Below, piece by piece: positions 1 through 8,932 of a stretch of DNA of 47,921 nucleotides (the first letter of the stretch is position 1; every line of letters begins with the position of its first letter). The translations under genes were made by a program, and so were the position numbers. The stretch comes from a virus. The DNA is taken from IMG/VR virus record IMGVR_UViG_3300045988_102864; one strand, given 5' to 3'. Under the pieces are notes generated by a model. That model ran no database searches. It saw nothing but the letters and a program-made list of their open reading frames with translations, and was not told the origin of the DNA.

Positions 1-99
1 ATGGCTTGATTACGGCAAATACAGCGGTTTCGGTCAGTGGCGAAATTCCGGAAAAGGCAGATATACCTGGGAAGAAATCGTATAAAGTCCAAAAAAAAG
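1..99. repeat. Terminal direct repeat, identical to 47823..47921 (circular closure or terminal redundancy)
   Basis: Base-by-base comparison: atggcttgattacggc...ccaaaaaaaag occurs at both ends. Positions 1..85 duplicate the 3' end of CDS 47305..47907. Confidence 0.95.
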
Positions 100-121
100 A
101 GAGCCGAAAGGCTCTTTTTTA
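91..121. terminator. Bidirectional intrinsic terminator
   Basis: A-run, stem AGAGCC/GGCUCU with GAAA loop, then a T-run. It lies between convergent CDS 47305..47907 (wrapped end at 85) and 133..780. Confidence 0.7.
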
Positions 122-132
122 TTTATTCGCTG

Positions 133-780
133 TCATTCTTCCGCAGTTATATTAACCTGATAATTAGATACAGGGAAATTGTAGTCGCTATCCATAATCG
201 TAATTGTTGTCGATAAGGTTTTAACCACCACGTAATAAGGAATTTCCGGCTCTCCGAATGAGCGGTAATTCACCGTTTTCTTCGCGTTCGCCGCGCATGA
301 ACCTCCGAGAGATACGACAGAGTAACTTTCGCCATTTATAGCCACCTCGCCGAAAGATACATCAATTTCCTTATCACATTTGTTTTCGATGGTTACTCTC
401 ATGCTTCCGACATTAGGAAACCATTCTTTATCGAGAACCGTTCCCTGATATGTGATTTTAGCGTAATCGCCATCATAAAGCACAGTTCCTTCGGGTATCT
501 CAACAACCTTTTTGGTTTCGGTGGGGACTTGCTTTCTTATAGTCACAGTGCGCGAGGTTTCTTCGCTTGTCTCAGTCGCCTTTTCTACTTCTTGCCGAGC
601 TTGTTCTATGCTCTCTGCTTCCTGTCGCTCCCTAAATTCTTTCACTTTAGCGTCAGACCGCACAGAAGCATAGAAAACAAAAGCTATAGTAAGAATCGGC
701 AGTATAATCGCTATTGTCCAAAGCGTTCTTTCCCTTTTGAGTTTTCGCCTGTACTTCCGTGCTCTATCTCCATCATCCAT
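133..780 (-). CDS. Membrane-anchored protein of unknown function (possible moron or exclusion protein)
   Basis: ORF 133..876 trimmed to the internal ATG (MDDGDRARKY...) preceded by AAAGGAGAAAGGAAG. Basic N-tail, one TM helix (LWTIAIILPILTIAFVFYA), charged linker, beta-rich C-domain. No family recognised. Confidence 0.6.
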   Translation of the reverse strand: MDDGDRARKYRRKLKRERTLWTIAIILPILTIAFVFYASVRSDAKVKEFRERQEAESIEQARQEVEKATETSEETSRTVTIRKQVPTETKKVVEIPEGTVLYDGDYAKITYQGTVLDKEWFPNVGSMRVTIENKCDKEIDVSFGEVAINGESYSVVSLGGSCAANAKKTVNYRSFGEPEIPYYVVVKTLSTTITIMDSDYNFPVSNYQVNITAEE

Positions 781-903
781 TTTGTTATTCTTCCTTTCTC
801 CTTTTTTTACTATTTTATTATATTTTTGATAACTTGTCAATGTTTTATTGCATTTTTGTTCAACTTGTGGTATCATTTTTTCAAAACCGAAAGGAGCATC
901 AAT

Positions 904-1137
904 ATGAAAGTACTGAAAATTTTCCTCGTATTTCTGCTTGCAATGGTTCTCATGGGCGCGTGTACGTTTTGGCTCAGAGCGAAATGGAATAGGGAATATG
1001 AGCAGGACGAACTCTATAAACGTAGTAGCGAGCTTTACGAAAAATCGAAAGAGAATTTAGCAAAAGAAGAGAGCGCAAGACAAGCGTTAGACCAAATCGG
1101 CAAAGACCTTGAAAGCAAACTCGAAGAATTAGAGTAA
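904..1137 (+). CDS. Small lipoprotein with coiled-coil tail
   Basis: SD GAAAGGAG upstream of the ATG. Signal peptide plus lipobox LMGAC. The remainder is charged and helical. The upstream part of ORF 529..1137 is antisense to 133..780. Confidence 0.6.
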   Translation: MKVLKIFLVFLLAMVLMGACTFWLRAKWNREYEQDELYKRSSELYEKSKENLAKEESARQALDQIGKDLESKLEELE

Positions 1138-1150
1138 AACCAATCAATCC

Positions 1151-1187
1151 AAAAAGAGCAAGGAATCACTTCCCTGCTCTTTTTTTA
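1151..1187. terminator. Bidirectional intrinsic terminator
   Basis: A-run, about 10-bp stem GAGCAAGGAA/UUCCCUGCUC (one mismatch), T-run. It lies between convergent genes. It is near-identical to the hairpin at 13686..13718. Confidence 0.65.
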
Positions 1188-1604
1188 TTTGCTTTGTTCT
1201 TTTGGTTCGCCACCGCCTGCTTGTTTTCGCCATTTCGCGACGTTCAAAGCGAATTTCTCTATCACTTTCCAGTCTTCCGGCTCAAGCTCGGCAAGTGCCA
1301 TCACAAATTGCTTCACAAAAGATTCATCGGATTCATTCACTAATTTTCCGAACGCATCTATCAATGCATCTTCTGTGTCTTTCGGGCGGAACATATCTCC
1401 CTTGCCCGTTCTAAGCCAATTTTCGGCAACACCGTATGTATTGCATATATCGGAGATAACTCTATCAGTGACACCTATTCTGCCTATCTCTATATTGCCT
1501 AAGTTCGAACGCGATATGTTAATTCCCGCCGCGAACTCTTCCTGTGTTATCTTGCAGGCTTTTCTGACAGCGCGGATTCTTTTACTGATTTTATCTTCGC
1601 TCAT
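1185..1604 (-). CDS. XRE/cI-type HTH repressor
   Basis: N-terminal HTH (ITQEEFAAGINISRSNLGNIEIGR), 139 aa, divergent from the early operon across a dual-promoter region. Confidence 0.8.
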   Translation of the reverse strand: MSEDKISKRIRAVRKACKITQEEFAAGINISRSNLGNIEIGRIGVTDRVISDICNTYGVAENWLRTGKGDMFRPKDTEDALIDAFGKLVNESDESFVKQFVMALAELEPEDWKVIEKFALNVAKWRKQAGGGEPKEQSK

Positions 1605-1632
1605 TGATGTATCAACTCCTTTCCGTACTTAA

Positions 1633-1661
1633 ATTATACCATCATTGCAATTGTTTGTCAA
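1633..1661 (-). promoter_or_regulatory. Consensus sigma-A promoter for the repressor
   Basis: Minus strand: TTGACA, 17 nt, TATAAT, with TGG immediately upstream of the -10 (extended -10). Confidence 0.6.
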
Positions 1662-1703
1662 TGACATTGGATAAAATTTTTTTTATTTTTTGCTCGAAAA
1701 TGC

Positions 1704-1732
1704 TTGACAAGCGCATTTAAGAGTGATATAAT
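1704..1732 (+). promoter_or_regulatory. Consensus early rightward promoter
   Basis: TTGACA (1704..1709), 17 nt, TATAAT (1727..1732), with TGA upstream of the -10. Confidence 0.65.
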
Positions 1733-1760
1733 GATTACAGCGTGATATAATGATTACAGC
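1723..1760 (+). repeat. Exact 19-bp tandem duplication gtgatataatgattacagc x2 (duplicated extended -10, or an operator)
   Basis: 1723..1741 equals 1742..1760. Confidence 0.95.
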
Positions 1761-1804
1761 AAACAAATTTAAGGCTTTCACAAACATTTTATACGGAGGT
1801 AAAA

Positions 1805-1981
1805 ATGAAAAAGTATCAATTACAAGAGATTGACAATCTCGTTCTTGAAAGCATTCAATCAGCTTGCCTTGAATCAGGCGATATAGGACGCGCAATCATT
1901 CTCGCGTACGCCCAAGGCTATGCAGAAGGCAAAAAGCACCGTGAAGAGTGCAAAGACGGCGAAAAGAAAGAGGAAAAATAA
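1805..1981 (+). CDS. First early gene (58 aa, Cro position); below the ORF-track size cut-off
   Basis: SD ACGGAGG 7 nt upstream of ATG 1805. Hand translation MKKYQLQEIDNLVLESIQSACLESGDIGRAIILAYAQGYAEGKKHREECKDGEKKEEK. Its stop overlaps the next ATG (TAATG). Confidence 0.5.
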   Translation: MKKYQLQEIDNLVLESIQSACLESGDIGRAIILAYAQGYAEGKKHREECKDGEKKEEK

Positions 1982-2274
1982 TGACATCCCCCTGCAAATT
2001 CAGCGAGTGGACATACGTCGATAAGGCAATCGCCGAAAATCACCACGTATGCACCCGCTGTCACAGCGACATCACATCGGACCACATCGAGAAGCCCGCC
2101 CTCATCACATACGACGGAGACAATATCGAGTATATATGCCCCGACTGCACAGTAGACTTCTTCTTCTACTCCCTCGGCAAAACGTTGGAAGCACTGAACT
2201 GCGACCCCGTAGACACCGAGCAGGGCGAAGAAGACCGAAAGGAGCGGATGAAGAATGCCGAGATACCTTTATGA
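1981..2274 (+). CDS. Small zinc-ribbon-like protein
   Basis: ORF 1948..2274 trimmed to ATG 1981 (MTSPCKF...). Two CxxC pairs (CTRC, CPDC). Confidence 0.55.
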   Translation: MTSPCKFSEWTYVDKAIAENHHVCTRCHSDITSDHIEKPALITYDGDNIEYICPDCTVDFFFYSLGKTLEALNCDPVDTEQGEEDRKERMKNAEIPL

Positions 2275-2449
2275 TGTGACCAATCTGCACACCCAGCCGC
2301 CGGAAGTAAAGCCACGCAATGGACGCAAAGTCGCATCACATAACAAAATAGACCCGACAGATACAGCCGTCCGCCTGACCTGCACCGCAAAGAAATGCAC
2401 AGGCGCAGCTGCTTGCTTTAAGCGAAGAAAAAAGGAGTTGGCAGAATGA
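2255..2449 (+). CDS. Hypothetical basic protein
   Basis: 64-aa ORF that fills the gap and overlaps both neighbours by a few nt. No motif. Confidence 0.35.
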   Translation: MPRYLYDVTNLHTQPPEVKPRNGRKVASHNKIDPTDTAVRLTCTAKKCTGAAACFKRRKKELAE

Positions 2450-3264
2450 AACGGAAAGAATCACTGAAAGAGTATCATTCCCAGCACTGTCTTTCCAAGA
2501 CAAAACTGTTCCGTATCATCGACAAATGCCCCGAATGGTTTAAGTATTGCGAAGACCATCCCGAAGCAGCAGAGGAATCTAAATCACTTCTGTTCGGCGC
2601 GGCACTTCACAAGTACGTGCTTGAACCGGAATCATTTTTCGACGAATACGCAGTAATGCCGAATGTTGACAGGCGTACAAAGGCAGGAAAAGAAGAGTAT
2701 ATCGCATTTTCCGAAAGCATAGGTACAAGAGATGTGATATCAAACGATGATTTTACCGTTATACAGCAGATGAACTCAAAAATCAAATCATTCCCCCTCG
2801 CGAAATACCTGCTGACAGGTGAAATCGAAACCTCGTACTACTATAAAGACAGTCTGACAGGAATAGACCTGCAAGCAAGACCCGACGTTTACAAGCGTGT
2901 CGGAGAGCGCGGATTGATAGTCGACCTCAAAACGTGTGCAAGCGCAGACAGCGATACTTTCCGCAAATCCGCAGTAAACTACGGCTACGATATGCAAGCC
3001 GCGATGTTTATCGACGCTTGTACCGCCGAATACGGTATCCCGTGCGACTTTGTGTTCGTTGCAGTCGAAAAAACACCGCCATATATGGTAAATGTGCTGT
3101 CGGCTGACGAACTGCTTATCAAGTACGGCAGAGACAGGCTGAGAGAAGCCATAGGAATTTACAAAGAATGCTCCGAATCCGGCAACTGGTACGGTTACAA
3201 CGGATTCTCAGGCATAATAAACAACCTCGGATTACCATCATATTTAGCAAAGGAGATTCAGTAA
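2446..3264 (+). CDS. PD-(D/E)XK family exonuclease (recombination exonuclease)
   Basis: ARPD...IVDLKT... (D, then D-x-K) followed by YGYDMQAAMF. It lies directly upstream of an SSAP-like gene. Confidence 0.8.
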   Translation: MKRKESLKEYHSQHCLSKTKLFRIIDKCPEWFKYCEDHPEAAEESKSLLFGAALHKYVLEPESFFDEYAVMPNVDRRTKAGKEEYIAFSESIGTRDVISNDDFTVIQQMNSKIKSFPLAKYLLTGEIETSYYYKDSLTGIDLQARPDVYKRVGERGLIVDLKTCASADSDTFRKSAVNYGYDMQAAMFIDACTAEYGIPCDFVFVAVEKTPPYMVNVLSADELLIKYGRDRLREAIGIYKECSESGNWYGYNGFSGIINNLGLPSYLAKEIQ

Positions 3265-4127
3265 TGAGAAGCGACACCCCAACTACAAACGTTCAGGAAT
3301 ACGCACAAGCCCCGAATATGCCGCAGTCGGCTAATGTACCCACAGGAGATATAAATCAAGGCACGGTGCTCATAGAGAGCCAGAGAGCAATTGCAGAAGC
3401 ACAAGGCAAGCTTATAATTGCACAGCGTTTCCCTCGCGACCCCATCAGAGCATACGCGAAGGTCATGGAAGCTTGTCAGAGACCTTCACTTGCAAATTCA
3501 GCTTTTTACAGCTACAGCCGCGGCGGTTCTTCCGTTTCCGGTCCTACTATCAGATTTGCGGAAGAGCTTGCAAGATGCTGGGGAAACATAGACTACGGCA
3601 TTAAAGAACTTTCTCAGGATAACGGAAAATCGGAAATGCAGGCTTATGCATGGGATTTGGAAACAAATACAATCAGCGTTCAGAATTTCACCAATCCACA
3701 TATACGCGAAACAAAGACAGGTTCGGTGCAGCTCACGTCACAGCGCGATATATACGAGCTTAACGCAAACATGGGCGCAAGACGCTTAAGAAGCCGCATT
3801 CTCGCGATTCTTCCCGCCGACCTCGTTGAAGACGCAATCAAGAAGTGCAAAGAGACTATAGCCGGAAAGTCAGACGAACCGCTTGTTGACAGAGTAAGAA
3901 AGATGGTTGTTCAGTTCTCGAAGTTCGGCGTAACGCAGGAACAGATAGAAAAACGTCTCGGCAGAAAGATAGACACCATGAACACAGAAGACTTTGTTGA
4001 GTACGTCGGAATTTTCAATTCGCTCAAAGAGGGCGCGTCGAAAATCGCAGAATGGTTTGAATCAGCTCCCGAAGCAAACGAACTCACAGCTAATATCGAA
4101 GCGGCAATGAAAGCAGAGCAGAAATGA
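3264..4127 (+). CDS. Single-strand annealing protein (family not assigned)
   Basis: ORF 3168..4127 trimmed to ATG 3264 (TAATG overlap). The call rests on synteny with the exonuclease and on size. I could not place the sequence in RecT, Redbeta or ERF by eye. Confidence 0.55.
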   Translation: MRSDTPTTNVQEYAQAPNMPQSANVPTGDINQGTVLIESQRAIAEAQGKLIIAQRFPRDPIRAYAKVMEACQRPSLANSAFYSYSRGGSSVSGPTIRFAEELARCWGNIDYGIKELSQDNGKSEMQAYAWDLETNTISVQNFTNPHIRETKTGSVQLTSQRDIYELNANMGARRLRSRILAILPADLVEDAIKKCKETIAGKSDEPLVDRVRKMVVQFSKFGVTQEQIEKRLGRKIDTMNTEDFVEYVGIFNSLKEGASKIAEWFESAPEANELTANIEAAMKAEQK

Positions 4128-4579
4128 AGATTATAGTCGACACAAGAGAAAAGCCGAGAGCAATAGCGCAAATCCTCGCATATTTCGAGCAAAACGGAAT
4201 TGAGTACGAAAAGCGAAAGCTCGATACGGGAGACTACATGAGAGAAGATAAACCGCTTCTCACAGTCGACCGAAAGCAGAACCTCGGCGAAGTTGCAAAC
4301 AATCTCACGAACGACAACGGAAGATTCATGCGTGAGGTGCGCAGAGCTTCTGAGAGCGGACAAAAGCTCATAGTCCTTGTAGAACACGGCGGCAGGATAA
4401 TGACGCTCACAGACGTTCACAGTTGGCAGAATCCAATCCGCGCAAAGCACCCCGAAGCGATAGACGGCAGAGCACTTTTAGAGCGTATGCACAGAGTATC
4501 GGTGATGTACGGTGTCGAATGGTGGTTTTGCGATAAGTCGAACACAGGAGCAGAAATAGTGAGGGCTTTAAATGCCTAA
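4124..4579 (+). CDS. ERCC4-type nuclease
   Basis: IVDTREK...DTGDY...VDRKQNLGE matches the ERCC4 pattern (GDxn-ERK-like). Confidence 0.7.
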   Translation: MKIIVDTREKPRAIAQILAYFEQNGIEYEKRKLDTGDYMREDKPLLTVDRKQNLGEVANNLTNDNGRFMREVRRASESGQKLIVLVEHGGRIMTLTDVHSWQNPIRAKHPEAIDGRALLERMHRVSVMYGVEWWFCDKSNTGAEIVRALNA

Positions 4580-4784
4580 GCGCGGAAGCGGTAAACTGTA
4601 CGAGCTGAACGGCGAACGGCATACGCTGACAGAGTGGTGCCGGATATATCACACATCGTCTACACGCACGGCAGACCGTCTGAAAAACGGTTACAGCCTG
4701 CTTGACGCGCTCACATTGCCAATGCAAAGCCCATATGCAAACCGTAAACGAAAGGAGGCACAGACAAATGAAAAAAGCAACTGA
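4572..4784 (+). CDS. Small DNA-binding-like protein
   Basis: 70 aa. HTLTEWCRIYHTSSTRTADRLKNGYSLLDALTLP resembles short phage HTH modules. Confidence 0.45.
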   Translation: MPKRGSGKLYELNGERHTLTEWCRIYHTSSTRTADRLKNGYSLLDALTLPMQSPYANRKRKEAQTNEKSN

Positions 4785-5022
4785 GATAATCGACGAGAGA
4801 CAGCTTGTAGATGAGCTGCACAGAAACTGGAAAACACGCGGCTACACCGACGGCGGAATGGCGGAATTGCTCGAAATAACACCGAAAACAATTCATTACA
4901 AAATCAGCGGAAACTTCCCTCACAACGGCTACAAGGCGCATTTTAAGGTCAACGAGATATTACAGTTAATACACTATCTCGGCTTCAAACTCTATCTTGT
5001 GAGAGAGGATGACGCGAAATGA
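4768..5022 (+). CDS. HTH protein
   Basis: ORF 4702..5022 trimmed to ATG 4768 (SD AAAGGAGG). MAELLEITPKTIHYKISG is HTH-like. Confidence 0.5.
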   Translation: MKKATEIIDERQLVDELHRNWKTRGYTDGGMAELLEITPKTIHYKISGNFPHNGYKAHFKVNEILQLIHYLGFKLYLVREDDAK

Positions 5023-5948
5023 ACATCCCCGACAGATGGATAGCTAAGCTCGATATGCTCCCTCCGAATGACTTCAAAACACTTGTGATGGCGATTCTGA
5101 GAGACGAGAGCGAACCCGAGATAACAGGAAAATTACAGTATATTGCGACCGACATTTATGTCGACCGCAATAGAGCGGAGTATCACAAGCTGATAGTCCG
5201 AAAGGCAAGAAACAAAGTCACAGAGACGTCTCTGTTAAATCACAGTGTTAGTCACGGTGACGGTCACGGTGATAGTCACGGTGATAGTCACGGTGACGGT
5301 CACGGTGACGGTCACGGTGATAGTCACGGTGATAGTCACGGTGACGGTCACGGTGATAGTCACAAACAAGTCACAGTGATTCAAGAAGAGAAAAGAGAAG
5401 CGTCTCCCCCTTGTTCCCCCTCTTCTTTTCCCCCACACCCCCTTATTAACTCCCCCTATAATCCCCCTCTTGAAGAGAAAAGAGAAGAAGCACTAACGGG
5501 CGTGTGCGCGGGCGCGTGTGAGGACGAGCAGATTTCCTTTGAAGGCTTTGAACCCCTTGAACCGCCAGAATCCGAGGTTAAGCACAGAAAACCGACGATA
5601 GCGGAGCGTTTTGAAGCCTTATGGGCAGAATACCCCAAGAAAAACGGCAAAAAGAACGCTTTTGAGAGCTATCAGAGAGCTATAGCAGCCGGAGTAACCG
5701 ACGAGACTATAGCCGACGGTATCAGGCGGTACAAGGACTACATAGCCGCAAAGCGCACGAGCGAACAGTACATACTTGCAGGCTCGACATACTTCTACCA
5801 GTGGCGTTGGCAGGACATATACGACACCGTATCAGTCGCACCAACTTGCAGCGAAAAATCGGGAGGTGATGAATTTCTAAATTACCTCAACGAGGAACTT
5901 GAAAAAGAAAAAGCGAAAAGAGAAAGCCGATGGACAGAACAGACGTAA
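5019..5948 (+). CDS. Replication-organiser/DnaD-like protein with a His-Gly-Asp repeat and a Pro-rich linker
   Basis: The C-terminal FEALWAEYPKKNGKKNAFESYQRAI...YFYQWRWQD resembles phage replication-organiser C-domains as I remember them. The central part is low complexity. Confidence 0.55.
   Translation: MNIPDRWIAKLDMLPPNDFKTLVMAILRDESEPEITGKLQYIATDIYVDRNRAEYHKLIVRKARNKVTETSLLNHSVSHGDGHGDSHGDSHGDGHGDGHGDSHGDSHGDGHGDSHKQVTVIQEEKREASPPCSPSSFPPHPLINSPYNPPLEEKREEALTGVCAGACEDEQISFEGFEPLEPPESEVKHRKPTIAERFEALWAEYPKKNGKKNAFESYQRAIAAGVTDETIADGIRRYKDYIAAKRTSEQYILAGSTYFYQWRWQDIYDTVSVAPTCSEKSGGDEFLNYLNEELEKEKAKRESRWTEQT
5253..5363 (+). repeat. In-frame 12-bp minisatellite (cacggtgacggt / cacggtgatagt) encoding (HGD[GS])x9
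   Basis: Read directly. Higher-order 48-bp unit G-S-S-G x2 plus one more unit. Confidence 0.95.
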
Positions 5949-6538
5949 TATCAACGCTGAAAATTCTCAAAGTCGCATATCCCGGATTTTACGCGAAGAT
6001 GAGCAAAACGGACGCAGAGGACACCGTATCTGTGTGGTGCGATATGTTTTGCGAAGAGGACGTGAACGTTGTCAAAATCGCTCTGTACAAGGTCATTGAA
6101 GAACACACAGGCTTTCCTCCGACGATAGCGGACATCAAGACGAAGATACGAGAAATGCGCAGAGCGGCGACGGGAGAAAAGACGGACGAAGAACTGTGGT
6201 CTCAGCTGAAAGCGGCAGTGTCGAACGGCTACTACGGAGCAAAAGAGGAATTCGCGAAACTTCCTCCCGAACTGCAAAGATACCTCGGAACGCCTAACAC
6301 TCTCCGCGAACTTTCACAGGTTGACACCGATACGTTTAACACCGTCACTCACGGGCAGTTCCTCAAACAGATAGGCATCATCCGCGACAGAGTGAGATTT
6401 GACAACGAAACGCCGCCCGAAATCAAGGCACTGCTCGGCACAGTAACAAAGCCGATACCCGCAAACAACAGACTTACCGAAAACGAATTTAACGAGAGCA
6501 GAAACAGACTGCTCAACACATTACAAAACAATCCGTAG
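5930..6538 (+). CDS. Helicase-loader-like protein (SPP1 G39P-like, tentative)
   Basis: LKILKVAYPGFYAKMSKTDAEDTVSVWCDMFCEEDVNVVKIALYKVIEEHTGFPPTIADI matches my recollection of G39P-type loaders. It follows the organiser-like gene. Confidence 0.45.
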   Translation: MDRTDVISTLKILKVAYPGFYAKMSKTDAEDTVSVWCDMFCEEDVNVVKIALYKVIEEHTGFPPTIADIKTKIREMRRAATGEKTDEELWSQLKAAVSNGYYGAKEEFAKLPPELQRYLGTPNTLRELSQVDTDTFNTVTHGQFLKQIGIIRDRVRFDNETPPEIKALLGTVTKPIPANNRLTENEFNESRNRLLNTLQNNP

Positions 6539-6553
6539 AAAGGACACAATACA

Positions 6554-6778
6554 ATGACAGACAACACAATACTCGCAGATTTCGCACCATGGAATCCCAC
6601 AAGCCGTAAACCGAAAGCATCCGGCAAGTACCTTATCTGGACGAACGACGGAAGCATGATGGTAGCCGATTACTCCGTAAAATACGACGGATGGGGAATC
6701 CTGCCGGACGGCGGCAGAGCCTACGAAATCAAAGACGTTGAGTTCTGGATGAGCATTCTTCCCCCGACAATCTTCTGA
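6554..6778 (+). CDS. Hypothetical protein
   Basis: 74-aa ORF in the early operon. Coding-like composition. Confidence 0.5.
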   Translation: MTDNTILADFAPWNPTSRKPKASGKYLIWTNDGSMMVADYSVKYDGWGILPDGGRAYEIKDVEFWMSILPPTIF

Positions 6779-6795
6779 ACGAAAGGACAAAGGCA

Positions 6796-7104
6796 ATGAA
6801 ACAAAGGCTGATACAGAATACACTGATATCGAGCGGCGTGACAATGTTCGGAGTTATAACCTCATGCGGAATGTGGTACTACACCGTTCCCTCGTGCGTC
6901 GTGTTCGCCGTAAGCGCATTGACAATGTGTCTGCTCACCATAGCAATAACAGCCGTCAGAGAGCTTTTCAGAGCGTATGAGCGCACACTGCCGAGAAAGC
7001 GCAGGAGAATCCGCATGAGATACGACAGCCGCGGAATGCACACCGACAGTCAGCGTCTCGGCTACGTATCGGCGGAAACAATCAGAGAGGTGTGCAGAAG
7101 ATGA
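6796..7104 (+). CDS. Small membrane protein
   Basis: Two hydrophobic helices followed by a basic tail. Confidence 0.45.
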   Translation: MKQRLIQNTLISSGVTMFGVITSCGMWYYTVPSCVVFAVSALTMCLLTIAITAVRELFRAYERTLPRKRRRIRMRYDSRGMHTDSQRLGYVSAETIREVCRR

Positions 7105-7124
7105 AAAACGAAAGGAGCAAAACA

Positions 7125-7382
7125 ATGACTGACGCAGAAAGATGCGTAACGTGCGGAGCTGTGATACCCGAAGGGAGACAGGTATGCCCGATATGCTATG
7201 CGAAATACCACAACGACTACTCTGAAGAGCTGGCGTACCTCTGGAAGGTGCTGAAAAAGACCGAAAGCAGTCTCAAAACAGCCGACAAGAGAAACGCGCC
7301 GAACGAAGAACGCGCAAACCTCCGCAAAAGGCGCGATATGCTGTACACGATAATCAACATAGTGGAGGACGCGGGAACATGA
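7125..7382 (+). CDS. Zinc-ribbon protein
   Basis: ORF 7092..7382 trimmed to ATG 7125 (SD GAAAGGAG). CVTCG...CPIC. Confidence 0.5.
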   Translation: MTDAERCVTCGAVIPEGRQVCPICYAKYHNDYSEELAYLWKVLKKTESSLKTADKRNAPNEERANLRKRRDMLYTIINIVEDAGT

Positions 7383-8173
7383 AGTGCCTGGTAAAGAAAA
7401 TACAGTACCAAAAGGCGGAAAACGCACTTACCACCGAATACGGAATGTGGCTTCTCGAATATGTTGACGTTGCTTTCGGCGTAACACTTGCCGAGAACTA
7501 CGGCTTCCGCGAGAAGAGACTGCAAAGGTTTTACGATGGGAACCGAAACGGACTGTGCGAAATGGTGAACGCCAATATGCCGACGGCAATGTTCGTTGAT
7601 AAAGGCAAGGGCAGGCGCAAGGGAGACAGCTCCGACCTCGTTGACGACGGAGTAGACACGACGGAGTACATGATAAAACGCGAACTCCGCAACATAGGCT
7701 TTTCGGACTGCGATTTTGAAGCACTGTCGCCGGAGAACCGCTACAACGAGAGCGAACGCCGCACACAGCTTGATGTCATGTCGCACAACGTGAGAACGGC
7801 GTGGTACGAAGCAAACGCAAGACGCGCTGTAAGGCTCTACGCGGCGTATACGCTGAATTACATGCACGACACCTACAACTACGGCGCGGAGAGATTAAAC
7901 CGCCTGTACGCGCTTGTAGCCCCTCAGATAAAGTCCTATATCGAACGCTTCTTAATAGGCAACCGCCGCGTCGACAGAGAGCTGCACAAGGAACTGGACG
8001 AGATGCACGGCAAACTTGAGAAATGCGGGCTGCACCTCGAAGAAGTTGTAAAGGAAGACGCGGTAGCGGTAAGCCGAAAAGAACCGCCGAAAGAACCAAA
8101 GAACCCGCCGATACACCTTGACATAGGCGAATACGAAAAAATCATGAAAGAAGTTGCCCGAGTGGCGTTATAA
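7379..8173 (+). CDS. Hypothetical protein (264 aa)
   Basis: Long ORF with an ATGA overlap to the upstream gene. No motif recognised. Confidence 0.55.
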   Translation: MKCLVKKIQYQKAENALTTEYGMWLLEYVDVAFGVTLAENYGFREKRLQRFYDGNRNGLCEMVNANMPTAMFVDKGKGRRKGDSSDLVDDGVDTTEYMIKRELRNIGFSDCDFEALSPENRYNESERRTQLDVMSHNVRTAWYEANARRAVRLYAAYTLNYMHDTYNYGAERLNRLYALVAPQIKSYIERFLIGNRRVDRELHKELDEMHGKLEKCGLHLEEVVKEDAVAVSRKEPPKEPKNPPIHLDIGEYEKIMKEVARVAL

Positions 8174-8183
8174 GGAGATACAT

Positions 8184-8525
8184 ATGACACACATACTACA
8201 GTTCGCAATAGACATTGACGATGAAGGAATAAAAAAATCAATCAACTCGTCAGCAGAACAGCAGATAATGCAGAAGCTCTACGATGACTGCCGGAAAGCC
8301 TTTATATCGAAGCACAGTAAAGGAAAGAGCTGGAGCTGGCACGAAGAAACACAAGAAGCAAAGTTTTTAGACTGCCTGGACGAAATGGCAACAAAAGCGG
8401 TACAGGATATAATTGACGAGAACAAGGATGTGATAATCAGCCGCGCGGCGGAAATACTCGCTGATAGGATATCGCGAACAAAGAAATGCAGAGAACTTAA
8501 GAACGCACAGGAGGAACAGGAATGA
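8184..8525 (+). CDS. Hypothetical protein
   Basis: ORF 8154..8525 trimmed to ATG 8184 (SD TAAGGAG). Confidence 0.5.
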   Translation: MTHILQFAIDIDDEGIKKSINSSAEQQIMQKLYDDCRKAFISKHSKGKSWSWHEETQEAKFLDCLDEMATKAVQDIIDENKDVIISRAAEILADRISRTKKCRELKNAQEEQE

Positions 8526-8932
8526 ACTTTAAACTTAAAGCAGGAGCGTTCGCACCGATAAGAGCGCATAAGCAGGACGCGGGAGTAGACCTCTTATCCC
8601 CCGTCACGGTCACGATTTACCCTGGAGACAGCGCAACGATAGATACAGGAGTGTGCGCGGAGATACCCGAGGGATTCTGCGGTCAGATATGGTCAAAGAG
8701 CGGACTGAACGTCAACCACGGCATTCTCTCGACAGGAATGGTGGATGCGCTTTACTCGGGCAGTATCAAGATAAAGCTCTACAATCACTCTCACGAGATT
8801 TACACGGTAAATCGCGGAGATAAGATATCACAGCTTGTGGTAACAGCCTGCGACACAAGCGACGTGGTCATAGTAGACGAAATAGCAAGCGGAGAGCGCG
8901 GAGAAAACGGCTTCGGCAGCACAGGAAGATAA
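8522..8932 (+). CDS. dut: dUTPase
   Basis: AGVDL, SKSGL, GMVDALYSG and C-terminal RGENGFGSTG motifs. Confidence 0.85.
   Translation: MNFKLKAGAFAPIRAHKQDAGVDLLSPVTVTIYPGDSATIDTGVCAEIPEGFCGQIWSKSGLNVNHGILSTGMVDALYSGSIKIKLYNHSHEIYTVNRGDKISQLVVTACDTSDVVIVDEIASGERGENGFGSTGR

Noticed and set aside
529-903. N-terminal extension of ORF 529..1137
   Set aside because: This part is antisense to CDS 133..780 and has no SD. The real gene starts at ATG 904 with an SD and a lipoprotein signal peptide.
5235-5438. Minus-strand ORF encoding VTVTVT...
   Set aside because: It is the antisense reading of the HGD[GS] minisatellite.
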